From assembly GCA_965262615.1 (NCBI GenBank), contig OZ253545.1:320001-384000 (forward strand): a stretch of DNA of 64,000 bases, read 5' to 3'. The translations under genes and the position numbers were made by a program. Positions 28,028 to 37,782 of the stretch are shown here, one piece after another. The notes below the pieces were generated by a model that was not told where the DNA came from, searched no databases, and worked only from the letters and a program-made list of their open reading frames with translations. Every line of letters starts with the position of its first letter. Position 1 is the first letter of the stretch. The DNA comes from Alphaproteobacteria bacterium. Its GTDB lineage: Bacteria; Pseudomonadota; Alphaproteobacteria; GM7ARS4; G965262615.

Positions 28028-29154
28028 TTTGCCAGTTCATCCTTTTCCGTGAGCATTTCTTCCTTGCGTGTGCCAGACTTGGTGACATCAATGGAGGGAA
28101 AGACACGCTTATCAGAAATTTTACGATCCAAAACAATCTCCGCATTTCCCGTGCCTTTGAATTCTTCAAAGATCACCTCATCCATGCGCGAGCCAGTATC
28201 CACCAAAGCGGTGCCGATGATGGTGAGAGACCCTCCCTCTTCAATGTTGCGTGCCGCTCCAAAAAACCGTTTGGGACGCTGCAAGGCATTGGCATCCACG
28301 CCGCCCGTCAAAATCTTGCCAGAGCTGGGCACCATGGAATTATACGCACGAGCCAGACGCGTGATGGAATCCAATAAAATCACCACATCCCGACGACATT
28401 CCACCAAACGCTTGGCTTTGGCAATCACCATCTCGGCAACCTGCACATGGCGAGTGGCAGGCTCATCAAAGGTGGAACTCACCACTTCTCCACGCACGGA
28501 GCGTTTCATATCGGTGACTTCTTCGGGACGCTCATCAATCAGCAAAACCATTAAATAGACATCGGGATAGTTGGCAGAGATGGCATGGGCAATATTTTGC
28601 AGCATCATGGTTTTTCCCGTGCGTGGCGGTGCCACAATCAAGGCTCGTTGTCCCTTGCCGATGGGGGCGATTAAATCAATCACCCGATGAGTCATTTCCT
28701 TGTCATTTTCTACTTCTAATCTAAGACGCTCCGTGGGATAGGATGCGGTCAAATTATCAAAATTGATGCGGTGAGCCAATGGAAGCGATTGATAATTCAC
28801 TTGAGACGCTTCATCCAAAGAAAAATAACGCTCATTCTCAAGGGGCGGACGCAAAGAGCCACCCACCACATCGCCGTGACGCAATCCCAGACGGCGAATT
28901 TGCTGGGGCGACACATAAACATCATCCGCACTCGCCAGATAATTGGAGTCAGGAGAGCGCAGAAAACCAAACCCGTCTTGGCTAATCTCCAAAGCACCTT
29001 CCATGGAAACACTTTTTTCTGTTTCAGACAGACGCTTGAGGATGGCAAAAGTCATATCTTGCTTGCGCAATTGACCAGCATTTTCTATCTGCAGCTCCTC
29101 AGCGAACGCCAGTAATTCGGGTGCAGTCTTCTTTTTTAGCTCATTGAGATCCAT
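27907..29154 (-). CDS. rho: Transcription termination factor Rho
   Basis: [52 protein letters not shown]. Confidence 0.99.
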   Translation of the reverse strand: MDLNELKKKTAPELLAFAEELQIENAGQLRKQDMTFAILKRLSETEKSVSMEGALEISQDGFGFLRSPDSNYLASADDVYVSPQQIRRLGLRHGDVVGGSLRPPLENERYFSLDEASQVNYQSLPLAHRINFDNLTASYPTERLRLEVENDKEMTHRVIDLIAPIGKGQRALIVAPPRTGKTMMLQNIAHAISANYPDVYLMVLLIDERPEEVTDMKRSVRGEVVSSTFDEPATRHVQVAEMVIAKAKRLVECRRDVVILLDSITRLARAYNSMVPSSGKILTGGVDANALQRPKRFFGAARNIEEGGSLTIIGTALVDTGSRMDEVIFEEFKGTGNAEIVLDRKISDKRVFPSIDVTKSGTRKEEMLTEKDELAKMWVLRRILTPMGTVDAMEFILEKLTTSKSNKDFFQSMNS

Positions 29155-29273
29155 AACAAAAAACTCCTCAAAAGGATATGAAAAAAATAAGGGGGGATAG
29201 GGAACAAGCGATGATCGCCGTCACATGATTCCGTCATTTTCTTTGATTATGTGACACTCGTCAAGACATAATC

Positions 29274-29702
29274 TCAAAAAGGTTGAAAAACCACTAAGGC
29301 GACAATTAAAATCATCAAGACTGTGGGAACTTCATTCATCATGCGAAAAAATGATGACGGATGAGAATTGTTGCCAGCCACAAGGTCTTTGTGCCAGCGA
29401 GTGGCGATTCCTTGAAATGCCGATAATCCCAGCACCAAAACGACTTTTATCCATAACCATAATGGCACTGCCAGACCGAAATTAACCCATGTAAGAAAAA
29501 TTCCTGACAGGTATGTCACAATCATCGCCGGATTCATGATGATTCGCAACAGGCGATGTTCCATCATTCCAAGTGTCTTTGCCGTATCCGATTGCGCCGC
29601 GGCTTGGGCGTGATAGACAAACAAACGAGGCAGATACAATAAGCCCGCCATCCAAGCAATCATCGCAACGATGTGAATCAATTCTAAGGTTTTATAAATC
29701 AT
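29274..29702 (-). CDS. hemJ: Protoporphyrinogen oxidase HemJ
   Basis: WMAGLLYLPRLFVYH, IMNPAM, NEVPT; hemE-hemJ-rho. Confidence 0.96.
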   Translation of the reverse strand: MIYKTLELIHIVAMIAWMAGLLYLPRLFVYHAQAAAQSDTAKTLGMMEHRLLRIIMNPAMIVTYLSGIFLTWVNFGLAVPLWLWIKVVLVLGLSAFQGIATRWHKDLVAGNNSHPSSFFRMMNEVPTVLMILIVALVVFQPF

Positions 29703-30714
29703 AGGAGCGAATAAACCGGATGAGCTGTTCAATGTGAGCAGGCGGCGTGACAGGAAGAATTCCGTGACCGCAATTGAAGATGTAACATCCATTGCCCAAA
29801 GTGTCCAATATTTTTTGTGTTTGTGCCATCATTCTTTTTCCTCCAACGACAAGATAAGTCGGATCAAGCGTTCCTTGCACGGCGGCATAGGGTTGCACAT
29901 GGTCAGCGAGCCATGATGGTGGCATCGTGCTGTCGCAGCTGACACCATCGGCACCACTGTGCATGGCAAGCGATTGATGTGAAACGCCACATCCCTTGGC
30001 AAACACGATTATTTTGCCATTGGGAACGGATTTTTTGATGCGTTTGATAATCTCTTTCATGGGTGTCAGACAATAATCATGAAAAAGACTCTCAGGCAAA
30101 CATCCTGCCCAAGAATCAAAAATTTGAATAGCATCAGCTCCCGCTTTTAGTTGATTAATGGCATGACAACTACAGGCTTCAATTAAAACATCCATCAAAT
30201 GAGAAAAATCATCTGGATTATTGAGACTCCACAAACGGGCATTGAGAAAATCACGAGATGTGTGTCCTTCAATCATATAGGCAGCCAAAGTCCATGGTGC
30301 ACCGACAAAGCCCATAAGTGTCTGATGAGGTGAAAGATGTGACTTCACAATATCCAAAGATTCGTAGACAACATTTAATTGGTGAGAAAACAAATCTTCA
30401 GAAAAATCGCACCCTTGATAAGGAGACAACGATGGCCCTTGTTTTTCGGTAAAAGACACCTCACTGCCTAAAGCGCGAGGAATCAATAAAATGTCCGAGA
30501 AAATAATGGCAGCGTCCAAATCAAATCGTTTGAGAGGTTGCAGCGTTGCCTTCACGGTGAGGTGTGAATCATGACAAAAATCAATAAAGTTTTTCTTTTT
30601 TTGTCTGAGTTTTTGATACTCTGGAAGATAGCGTCCCGCCTGACGCATAAACCAAATCGGCGGGGACGATTCATGATGACCCGATAGAACATTGAGCAGT
30701 TTTTTATGTGCCAT
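29692..30714 (-). CDS. hemE: Uroporphyrinogen decarboxylase
   Basis: WFMRQAGRYLPEY, AAIIFSDIL, QIFDSWAG, GHGI. Confidence 0.98.
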   Translation of the reverse strand: MAHKKLLNVLSGHHESSPPIWFMRQAGRYLPEYQKLRQKKKNFIDFCHDSHLTVKATLQPLKRFDLDAAIIFSDILLIPRALGSEVSFTEKQGPSLSPYQGCDFSEDLFSHQLNVVYESLDIVKSHLSPHQTLMGFVGAPWTLAAYMIEGHTSRDFLNARLWSLNNPDDFSHLMDVLIEACSCHAINQLKAGADAIQIFDSWAGCLPESLFHDYCLTPMKEIIKRIKKSVPNGKIIVFAKGCGVSHQSLAMHSGADGVSCDSTMPPSWLADHVQPYAAVQGTLDPTYLVVGGKRMMAQTQKILDTLGNGCYIFNCGHGILPVTPPAHIEQLIRFIRSYDL

Positions 30715-30966
30715 AATTAAATTAATTAATTAATTGTAGGAGTAATTGAAAGTATCATATCTCGGTTAAATTCAATGATAACAAATTATAAACAAATGAC
30801 GCACAAAATCTCATATTGGAATTTCACCTGTGCTTTATTTGCACGAAGTTATAACTCTTATCAACAGAGTGTGGTTTTTGAATGGATGTGTTATTGTTAT
30901 GTTGATAAAAAATTATAACAATGAAAAATTATTGATTTATGTTTAATCTTTGACAAGATATACACC
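30715..30966. other. Candidate chromosomal replication origin (oriC)
   Basis: Very AT-rich spacer between divergent hemE and maf-aroE-coaE-dnaQ, the typical alphaproteobacterial ori position. DnaA-box-like TTATCAACA at 30858-30866 (+) and 30900-30908 (-), TTATAAACA at 30786-30794. By eye, the + strand switches from C-rich to G-rich here. Confidence 0.8.
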
Positions 30967-31572
30967 ATGCAAACAAAGAAAGATCTCATTTTAGCATCGG
31001 GGAGTGTGTCTCGGCGAAGATTATTATCGGCGGCGGGCGTTGAATTTGTAATTGATTCGGCGAATGTTGATGAAGAGTCCATCAGATATGAGTGGCAAAA
31101 AGCGGGCAAGAAGGTTGCGGCAGCGGCTCTTTTTTTGTCTGAGCAAAAGGCTTTGCGTGTGAGTCATCGTCATGGTTCAAAGCATGTGATTGGTTCGGAT
31201 CAAATTCTTCATGTGGAAAATGTGTGGCTGAAGAAACCAGAGACGATGGATGAGGTGCGCGAGCAGCTGCTATTTTTGCGCGGTAAAAAAGCGCAATTGA
31301 CAACGGGCGTGTGCGTGGCATTGCAGGAGACGATTGTGTGGCATGATGTGCAATCGGTGACAGCATATTTTCGTCTTTGGAATGAGGATTTTTTGAGTTC
31401 TTATATGTCTTGTTGTGGGGATTCCATTATTGGCGTTTCGGGTGCGTGTTGCTTGGAGCGAGAGGGTGTTCAGCTTCTTGAGAAGATTGAGGGTGATTAT
31501 CATAGTTTTTTGGGCTTGCCTCTTTTTTCGTTGTTGTCTTTTTTGCGTCAGGCGGAGGTGATTTCATCGTGA
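30967..31572 (+). CDS. maf: Maf-family nucleoside triphosphate pyrophosphatase
   Basis: LILASGS..R, VDEE, VIGSDQ, GLPL. Confidence 0.95.
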   Translation: MQTKKDLILASGSVSRRRLLSAAGVEFVIDSANVDEESIRYEWQKAGKKVAAAALFLSEQKALRVSHRHGSKHVIGSDQILHVENVWLKKPETMDEVREQLLFLRGKKAQLTTGVCVALQETIVWHDVQSVTAYFRLWNEDFLSSYMSCCGDSIIGVSGACCLEREGVQLLEKIEGDYHSFLGLPLFSLLSFLRQAEVISS

Positions 31573-32411
31573 CGCGCTTGGGTGTGATTGGTTATCCGGC
31601 ATCTCATTCTTTGTCGCCACTGATTCATTCCTATTGGTTTGAGCGGCATGGCATTGAGGGTGTTTATGAGATTGTGGAATCCTCGGATTTTTTATCGGAT
31701 GCTCACAAGTGCTGTATTTGTGGTTGGCGCGGTTTGAATGTGACTTTGCCCTATAAGGAAGATGCCTATCATTGGGTGGATGAGAAAGATGAGGCGGCAC
31801 AAGCGATGGGAGCGGTGAATTGTGTGGTGTTCGACAACGGCAAACGCACGGGCTACAATACCGATGCCTTTGGCTTTGGTGCATCATTGGATGAGGAAGC
31901 TGCGTGGTGGCGTGAGCGTGACCAAGAGACGGTGGTTGTTTTGGGGGCGGGGGGCGTTGCCCGTGCCATTGTGTATGCTTTGCGCGAGGCTGGATTTTCT
32001 CGGCTGCGAATTGTCAATCGCACCCAGACACGCGCGGCATCTTTGGGTGCTTTTTGGAATGAAGGAGACGAGGCGCGCTCATGGTCGTTTTATTCTTACG
32101 CTGAGGTGAATGAAGCTCTCAAAAATGCGTTTTTGGTGGTGAATGCCACCTCTTTGGGAATGACGGGAGCGCAATCATTGCCGATTTCCCTTGCGGAGGT
32201 GTCATTGGCTGCCCATGCCATTGTTTTTGACAGTGTTTACACGCCGCGCCAGACACCATTATTGCAAGAGGCGCGATCATTGGGCTATCACGGCGTGGGA
32301 GGCTTGGGAATGTTGATTCATCAGGCGCGCTTGTCTTTTGCTCATTGGTTTGATGTGATGCCTGCCTGTGATGGAAATCTTCGCCAATTGCTTGGTGCGA
32401 CAAAAATATGA
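31569..32411 (+). CDS. aroE: Shikimate dehydrogenase
   Basis: SHSLSPLIH, GLNVTLPYKE, GAVN, NTD, GAGG, NATSLGM, GLGMLIHQA. Confidence 0.97.
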   Translation: MTRLGVIGYPASHSLSPLIHSYWFERHGIEGVYEIVESSDFLSDAHKCCICGWRGLNVTLPYKEDAYHWVDEKDEAAQAMGAVNCVVFDNGKRTGYNTDAFGFGASLDEEAAWWRERDQETVVVLGAGGVARAIVYALREAGFSRLRIVNRTQTRAASLGAFWNEGDEARSWSFYSYAEVNEALKNAFLVVNATSLGMTGAQSLPISLAEVSLAAHAIVFDSVYTPRQTPLLQEARSLGYHGVGGLGMLIHQARLSFAHWFDVMPACDGNLRQLLGATKI

Positions 32412-32457
32412 TGCCAAAAGGGTGGTGTTATCCATCATGTGGCTATATATTGTAAGG

Positions 32458-33075
32458 ATGATAAAGATGAAATTAATCGGTTTAATCGGAGGCATGGCGG
32501 CTGGTAAATCGACGGCGGCTCGTTTGTTGCGTGAGCATTATGAGAATATTGGACTATATGATGCCGACCGTCATGTTCATGAATTGATGGCGGCGGGGGG
32601 GGAATTGGTGCATCCCATTGTTCAATGGGTGAAGAAGGTGATGCCACAGGCAGAGGAGTCCATTCTTGATGACAAGGGAGGCATTGATCGCGCCGTGTTG
32701 CGGCATTGGGTCACACAGAAAAATCAATTGAAGGGGTTGGAGAAAATCGTTCATCCTTGCCTTAATGAAAAAAGAAATAATTTTCTTGGCGATATGGAGC
32801 GCGCGGGCAAGCGGATGGTGGTTTTGGATATTCCGTTGTTGTGTGAGAGTGGTCTTGTGAGTCGTTGCAATCGGGTGATTTATGTGAATACGCCTTATGA
32901 GGTGCGTCATGAACGCTTGCGCCTTCGTGGCTTGCGGGAACAGGAGATTGATGTTTTAGAGGCGCATCAATGGAACGAAGATAAAAAACGCGCCATCGCT
33001 CATGATGTGGTGCGAGGGTTTGACACCATCGAGGATATGAGGCGTGATTTAAGCGGTGTTATGCAGCAACTGTGA
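32458..33075 (+). CDS. coaE: Dephospho-CoA kinase
   Basis: IGLIGGMAAGKST, DAD, LEKIVHP, VLDIPLL. Confidence 0.93.
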   Translation: MIKMKLIGLIGGMAAGKSTAARLLREHYENIGLYDADRHVHELMAAGGELVHPIVQWVKKVMPQAEESILDDKGGIDRAVLRHWVTQKNQLKGLEKIVHPCLNEKRNNFLGDMERAGKRMVVLDIPLLCESGLVSRCNRVIYVNTPYEVRHERLRLRGLREQEIDVLEAHQWNEDKKRAIAHDVVRGFDTIEDMRRDLSGVMQQL

Positions 33076-33785
33076 TGGCACACGATATCATCACTGTGGA
33101 TACCGAGACCACGGGGCTGAAGTGGGAGGAAGGGCATCGTGTGATTGAAATCGGCTGTGTGTGCTTGTTGTCGGATGGGTCGCTGGGGAGACGATGGCAA
33201 TGTTATCTCAATCCCGAGCGTTCCATTCCCGATGATTCCTACCGCATTCATGGTTTGAGTGAGGATGATTTGCGAGACAAGCCGTTTTTTGCCGATATTG
33301 CGGATGATTTTTTGTCTTTTATCGGTGATGCGCGTTTGGTGATGCATAATGCTTCGTTTGATTTGGGGTTTTTGAATCATGAGCTGAGGATGATTGGCAA
33401 GGATTTATTGCAGTGGGATCGGGTTGTGGATAGTTTGAAAAAGGCTCGGGTGCGTTATCCGGGCGAGCGGGCGACACTGGATGCCTTGTGTCGGCGATTT
33501 AATATATCAATTCAGCATCGCTCTGTGCATGGGGCTTTGAAGGATGCCGAATTGCTGGCGCGGGTGTATGCTCACATGGAGGGCTATGGTTCTGTGTCAC
33601 TGGGGTTAGATTTTGGTGAAGAGGGTCAAAAAGCTTCGCAATCTTCTTCGGTAGCATCGGTTGATGAGACTTCAAAAGGCTCTTTGCCGATTCGTGAGCT
33701 GTCGGATGGTCAATTGGAAGAGCACGAGAAGATGGTTGAGTGCATGGCTCAATTGAGCAAGGGAGAGATTGTGTGGAAAAGTTAG
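33075..33785 (+). CDS. dnaQ: DNA polymerase III epsilon subunit
   Basis: DTETTG, HRVIEIG, HNASFDLGFLN, HGALKDA. Confidence 0.97.
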   Translation: MAHDIITVDTETTGLKWEEGHRVIEIGCVCLLSDGSLGRRWQCYLNPERSIPDDSYRIHGLSEDDLRDKPFFADIADDFLSFIGDARLVMHNASFDLGFLNHELRMIGKDLLQWDRVVDSLKKARVRYPGERATLDALCRRFNISIQHRSVHGALKDAELLARVYAHMEGYGSVSLGLDFGEEGQKASQSSSVASVDETSKGSLPIRELSDGQLEEHEKMVECMAQLSKGEIVWKS

Positions 33786-34255
33786 TGTCATTGGTGATGG
33801 GCAGTCGCTCCGATTGGCGGGTGATGGAAGTGGCATCATCGGTTTTGGTGCGGCTGGAGGTTCCGTTTGAATCTCGTGTGGTGTCGGCGCATCGGACACC
33901 TCATCGTTTGGTGTCCTATGGTGAGGAGGCTCGCGCTCGTGGCATTCAGGTGATTATTGCGGCGGCGGGGGGTGCGGCGCATCTGGCGGGCATGATGGCG
34001 GCACTGACGCCTCTGCCAGTGCTGGGTGTGCCCATCAAGACGGATTTTTGTGACGGCATGGATAGTTTGCTCTCTATGGTGCAAATGCCCAAAGGAATTC
34101 CTGTGGGCACTTTGGCGGTGGGTGAATGGGGCGCGTATAATGCAGCATTGCTCGCGGTGGCAATTTTGTCATTGCAGGATGAACAGCTGGCAAAGAGGTA
34201 TGATGAGTGGCGCGCGCAACAAACAAACGATGCTCCATTATTGCCTCATGAGTGA
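33773..34255 (+). CDS. purE: N5-CAIR mutase
   Basis: MGSRSDW, SAHRTP, AGGAAHLAGM, SMVQMPKG; GTG start with upstream GGAG. Confidence 0.97.
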   Translation: MEKLVSLVMGSRSDWRVMEVASSVLVRLEVPFESRVVSAHRTPHRLVSYGEEARARGIQVIIAAAGGAAHLAGMMAALTPLPVLGVPIKTDFCDGMDSLLSMVQMPKGIPVGTLAVGEWGAYNAALLAVAILSLQDEQLAKRYDEWRAQQTNDAPLLPHE

Positions 34256-34261
34256 TGTGTC

Positions 34262-35311
34262 ATGAAAGGTGGTGTGCTGGGCATTGTGGGCGGCGGACAG
34301 CTGGGCATGATGACCGCCCACGCCGCCAAAAATTTAGGTGTGAAACCAGTTGTTTTTTCCACAGAAAAAAACGCCCCCGCCGCACAACACGCTGAAGTCA
34401 CCTATGGTGATGAGTTTGCGAAACTACAACAATGGGCGCGCCAGTGCGATTCTATCACCTTTGAATTTGAACACATTGAAACGCCCATACTGGATGTGCT
34501 GGATGAGTGCGATGTTCCTTTGCGCCCCGGTGTGAATGCCATCAAGATGGCGCAAAATCGCATCAGTGAGAAGGAATTTTTGCAAAGCTGTGATATTCCC
34601 ATTGCGTCTTGGTGTTCTTTGGCAGATGAATCATCCATTCCAGACTTTCCGCTGATTGTAAAAACAGCAAATTGGGGGTATGACGGCTTGGGGCAAATGA
34701 TTGTGCAAAAAGCCGAGCAATGGCAACAGGTGCATGACACAATGAAGCCACCACTGGTTGTGGAACAGAAAATTGATTTCAAGGCTGAGTGTTCCATGAT
34801 TGGCGCGCGCGGCATCACGAGTGACATGGTTTTTTATCCCTTGACGCACAACTTTCATGATAAAGGCATATTAACAAGAAGTATTGTGCCCATGGAGGCA
34901 TCGTTATCTTTGACACGCCAAGCCGAAGGTATTGTGGGTCGCATGATGGAGGCTTTAAATTTGGTTGGTATTCTTGCCGTTGAATTTTTTCTGCTGGATG
35001 ATGACACATTGCTGGTGAATGAATGTGCGCCGCGCCCTCATAATTCTGGTCACTGGACGCTGGATGGTGCGATGCCTGATCAATTCACGCAGCTGGTGCG
35101 GGTGGCAATGGGTGAGTCGCCAGAACCCGTTCGGCAAACGGCGGCGGTGGAAATGGTTAATATTTTGGGCAAGGAGACCGTGCCGCCGCCGCAATCGGAC
35201 AAAATCAAAAATACAAAAACTTATTTTTACGGCAAGGAAGTTTTAGTCTCTCGTCCGCGGCGCAAATTGGGTCATGTTAATTATGTTGTTGAGGCATCCG
35301 CCCAGCCATAG
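34262..35311 (+). CDS. purK: N5-CAIR synthetase
   Basis: GGGQLGMM, TFEFE, GYDGLGQ, APRPHNSGHW, RKLGHV. Confidence 0.97.
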   Translation: MKGGVLGIVGGGQLGMMTAHAAKNLGVKPVVFSTEKNAPAAQHAEVTYGDEFAKLQQWARQCDSITFEFEHIETPILDVLDECDVPLRPGVNAIKMAQNRISEKEFLQSCDIPIASWCSLADESSIPDFPLIVKTANWGYDGLGQMIVQKAEQWQQVHDTMKPPLVVEQKIDFKAECSMIGARGITSDMVFYPLTHNFHDKGILTRSIVPMEASLSLTRQAEGIVGRMMEALNLVGILAVEFFLLDDDTLLVNECAPRPHNSGHWTLDGAMPDQFTQLVRVAMGESPEPVRQTAAVEMVNILGKETVPPPQSDKIKNTKTYFYGKEVLVSRPRRKLGHVNYVVEASAQP

Positions 35312-35324
35312 CACAAAGGAAGTG

Positions 35325-35903
35325 TTATCTTCGCGTTCGCGGCGCAAGCTTGGTCATGTCAATTATTTTTCCAAGATTTCCGCCCAGCCATAACACATTG
35401 GCAATGCGTCTTTGCACAAATGGGCGAATGTCGTGGTTTTCGTTGTTTTTTGCCAGCAGTGCTAGTTCGGACGACAGAATGACACCCATCAAAAGACTGC
35501 GTTTGCTGTAAAAATTGCCATCCAAAGATTTGTCCCCCGCCGCTTTCCACATGGCGTGGCTGCTGTGATACAGCAGCCGATTGGCAAGCGGCAGACGATG
35601 AGGAATGCTGAGCCAGCTGCGGGTTTTACGCAACAAGGCAATCCCCCCCCACTGAGTTTGGTGCTGCAGATAGGCACAGACACCCTCTTCAATCAGCTGA
35701 CGGGTTGCCATTTTGTCGTGATTGATTTTTTTTATGTGGCTTGCGGCATGGGCATCGGCATCGTGCGATAAAAAAACAATGGCGGAGCGCGCGCCATTTC
35801 TGAAAAGAGACTGAGACGGCAGCTGAGCAAAATAATCCCACCCGTGCTCAATGATGAGAGGAATATGCTGTTTGAGAAATTGAACACGCTCTGTGTGCAT
35901 CAT
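35325..35903 (-). CDS. COQ9-like (rpsU-divergently transcribed) protein
   Basis: W..AGD.S.D.NFYSKR motif; divergent from rpsU. Confidence 0.8.
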   Translation of the reverse strand: MMHTERVQFLKQHIPLIIEHGWDYFAQLPSQSLFRNGARSAIVFLSHDADAHAASHIKKINHDKMATRQLIEEGVCAYLQHQTQWGGIALLRKTRSWLSIPHRLPLANRLLYHSSHAMWKAAGDKSLDGNFYSKRSLLMGVILSSELALLAKNNENHDIRPFVQRRIANVLWLGGNLGKIIDMTKLAPRTRR

Positions 35904-36412
35904 TCGTGCTCCATGAGTTCTTTGATGTGTTGCTCCACTTCGTATTCAAATCCAAAGAAGGGGTCTTTGGTGTGATGATGAAACAAAATGCCGTCTAGGT
36001 GGTCGCACTCATGCTGGATGATTCTGGCTTCTAAGTGGGCGGCATCAAAGGTGATGGGTTCATTGGTCAAAGAGAGGGCTTGGCACTGAATGTGTTGATA
36101 GCGCGCGACGATGCCTTTGAGCCCCGGCATGGAGAGGCATCCTTCGGAAGCCGCGGCGGTGTCATCACTGGTGGGTTTCCACTGGGGATTGATGAGAATG
36201 CGCGCGGGTATTTCATGATTGATTTGATAGACAACCAAACGCACACTCATCCCCACCTGCGGTGCGGCAAGACCAACGCCTTGAGCGTGGCGCATGGTGG
36301 CAATCATATTGCTTGCCAATTGTCGCCATTTGGGGCTGGTGGGCTTGGTGATGGGGTCGGCTTTTTGTGCCAGCACGGGATGTCCCATGCGCACAATGGG
36401 CAGAATGGTCAT
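35900..36412 (-). CDS. def: Peptide deformylase
   Basis: GVGLAAPQVG, EGCLS, QHECDHLDG. Confidence 0.97.
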   Translation of the reverse strand: MTILPIVRMGHPVLAQKADPITKPTSPKWRQLASNMIATMRHAQGVGLAAPQVGMSVRLVVYQINHEIPARILINPQWKPTSDDTAAASEGCLSMPGLKGIVARYQHIQCQALSLTNEPITFDAAHLEARIIQHECDHLDGILFHHHTKDPFFGFEYEVEQHIKELMEHE

Positions 36413-36423
36413 CAGCCGAGTCC

Positions 36424-36452
36424 TTGACAAGGGCGAGACAAGTCTCTACAAA
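36424..36452 (+). promoter_or_regulatory. Putative sigma70 promoter of rpsU
   Basis: TTGACA-N17-TACAAA. Confidence 0.55.
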
Positions 36453-36483
36453 GCGTCTTTCTCGTAATCAACAGAGGTGAGTC

Positions 36484-36687
36484 GTGGAAATCAATGTTCG
36501 TAACAACAATGTGGATCAAGCCCTGCGCATTTTGAAAAAATTGATGCAGCGTGAGGGCATTTTTCGCGAAATGAAGCGTCGGCGTTCTTACGAGAAGCCA
36601 TCGGAGAAGCGGGCGCGCCGCAAAGCGGAGATGATTCGCCGTCATCGCAAGTTCATTCGCAAGCGTTTTGAAATAGAAGGTTTTTAG
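36484..36687 (+). CDS. rpsU: 30S ribosomal protein S21
   Basis: [28 protein letters not shown]. Confidence 0.97.
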   Translation: MEINVRNNNVDQALRILKKLMQREGIFREMKRRRSYEKPSEKRARRKAEMIRRHRKFIRKRFEIEGF

Positions 36688-36728
36688 CTTTTGTGGCTGG
36701 GGCATTCGTGTGCGGGATGGTTCGTCCG

Positions 36729-36800
36729 TGCCGTCGGTGAGGATTGAACTCACGGCCTCACCCTTACCAAGGGTGCGCTCTACCACTGAGCTACGACGGC
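36729..36800 (-). tRNA. tRNA-Thr(GGT), CCA not encoded
   Basis: GCCGTCG TAGCTCAGTGGTAGAGC GCACCC TTGGTAA GGGTG..GTGAG TTCAATC CTCAC CGACGGC A, followed by CGG. Confidence 0.96.
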
Positions 36801-36849
36801 GTTCCTCTTTCATAGCCCGCCACGCCCTTCGTGACAAGTTGTTGCGAGG

Positions 36850-37698
36850 TCAGACTTTGGGCTGGTCAAGCTGATTTTGGCTCATTTGCCGCTCGTCATC
36901 AGGTCGCCATTCTTTTTCAAAGACCATGCCTTCGCTATCGGTGACACGCACGGTGACGGGATCATTGCCACTGATGTCATAATAGCGGAATGTGAAGGCG
37001 GGATTTTCACTCATGGAGATGCCGCTTTCCACCTTCAGCAAGACGCGAGTCCCACTGCGCACTTCCACAGAATCCACAAAGTGAGAGGGAATCTCCCGCA
37101 TGGTGACCTGATTGAACTGCAAGCCCGAATAGTTGGGATGACTGATGAGCAATTGAGCCGTGCGCATGCCGTCTTGATTGAGTTCTTTGAATTTGAACTT
37201 CATCTGTCCCATGCGTTCTTTGGCAAGAGCCATATCGGCAAGAGCGGGGGCTGAGCATCCTCCTGCGGCTTTGACAAAGCGCGCCACCGTGTAGAGATTG
37301 CCCTCATTGTCTTCGGCAATGGCACGCACATGGGTGTAGCGGTCAATGCGAATACGGGTATCCAGGCTGGCATTGCCATTGGTGGGCGACATATTGATGA
37401 CGGCTGCCAGAGGCGAGGGGTTTTCATCAATGACAATCATCAAATTTTTGATGTAGGTATCGTCATTTTGTTCTCTGTTGACATTCACCGAAATGGGCAC
37501 GATGGCGGCATCCATGGCGCGATAGGGAGCGTCCAGTTCTAACCAGTCACTGCCATCATGAAGGGTGCGCTCATCAAAGAGCTGATCCTTGAGGTCAAGC
37601 CACAGCTCCTCGGATTGTTCCTGAGCGGCATGAACGGGGACAGACAACGCCAGCACGGTCACGGTGCAGCAAGCAATTAAAAGACGAAAATAGGTCAT
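36850..37698 (-). CDS. Quinoprotein dehydrogenase-associated SoxYZ-like carrier
   Basis: APYRA.DAAIVP, IDENPSP, FVKAAGGCSAP, ISHPNYSGLQ, SENP; signal peptide. Confidence 0.9.
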   Translation of the reverse strand: MTYFRLLIACCTVTVLALSVPVHAAQEQSEELWLDLKDQLFDERTLHDGSDWLELDAPYRAMDAAIVPISVNVNREQNDDTYIKNLMIVIDENPSPLAAVINMSPTNGNASLDTRIRIDRYTHVRAIAEDNEGNLYTVARFVKAAGGCSAPALADMALAKERMGQMKFKFKELNQDGMRTAQLLISHPNYSGLQFNQVTMREIPSHFVDSVEVRSGTRVLLKVESGISMSENPAFTFRYYDISGNDPVTVRVTDSEGMVFEKEWRPDDERQMSQNQLDQPKV

Positions 37699-37735
37699 GG
37701 TTCATCTCCTTTTGGGGTTCGGCGGGTTTATTTCC

Positions 37736-37763
37736 CACACATCAATTGTATAATTGATGTGTG
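37736..37763. promoter_or_regulatory. Perfect 12-bp inverted repeat (putative operator) upstream of the SoxYZ-like gene
   Basis: CACACATCAATT-GTAT-AATTGATGTGTG; TTGACA on the minus strand at 37774-37779. Confidence 0.6.
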
Positions 37764-37782
37764 TTATGCTTCATGTCAAGCC

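Noticed and set aside
30716-30736. CtrA box (TTAA-N7-TTAA) in the TTAA run near hemE
   Set aside because: The spacing between TTAA half-sites does not give N7.
36412-36837. 141-aa ORF containing RRSSVVERTLGKGE
   Set aside because: Reads through tRNA-Thr and the rpsU antisense strand.
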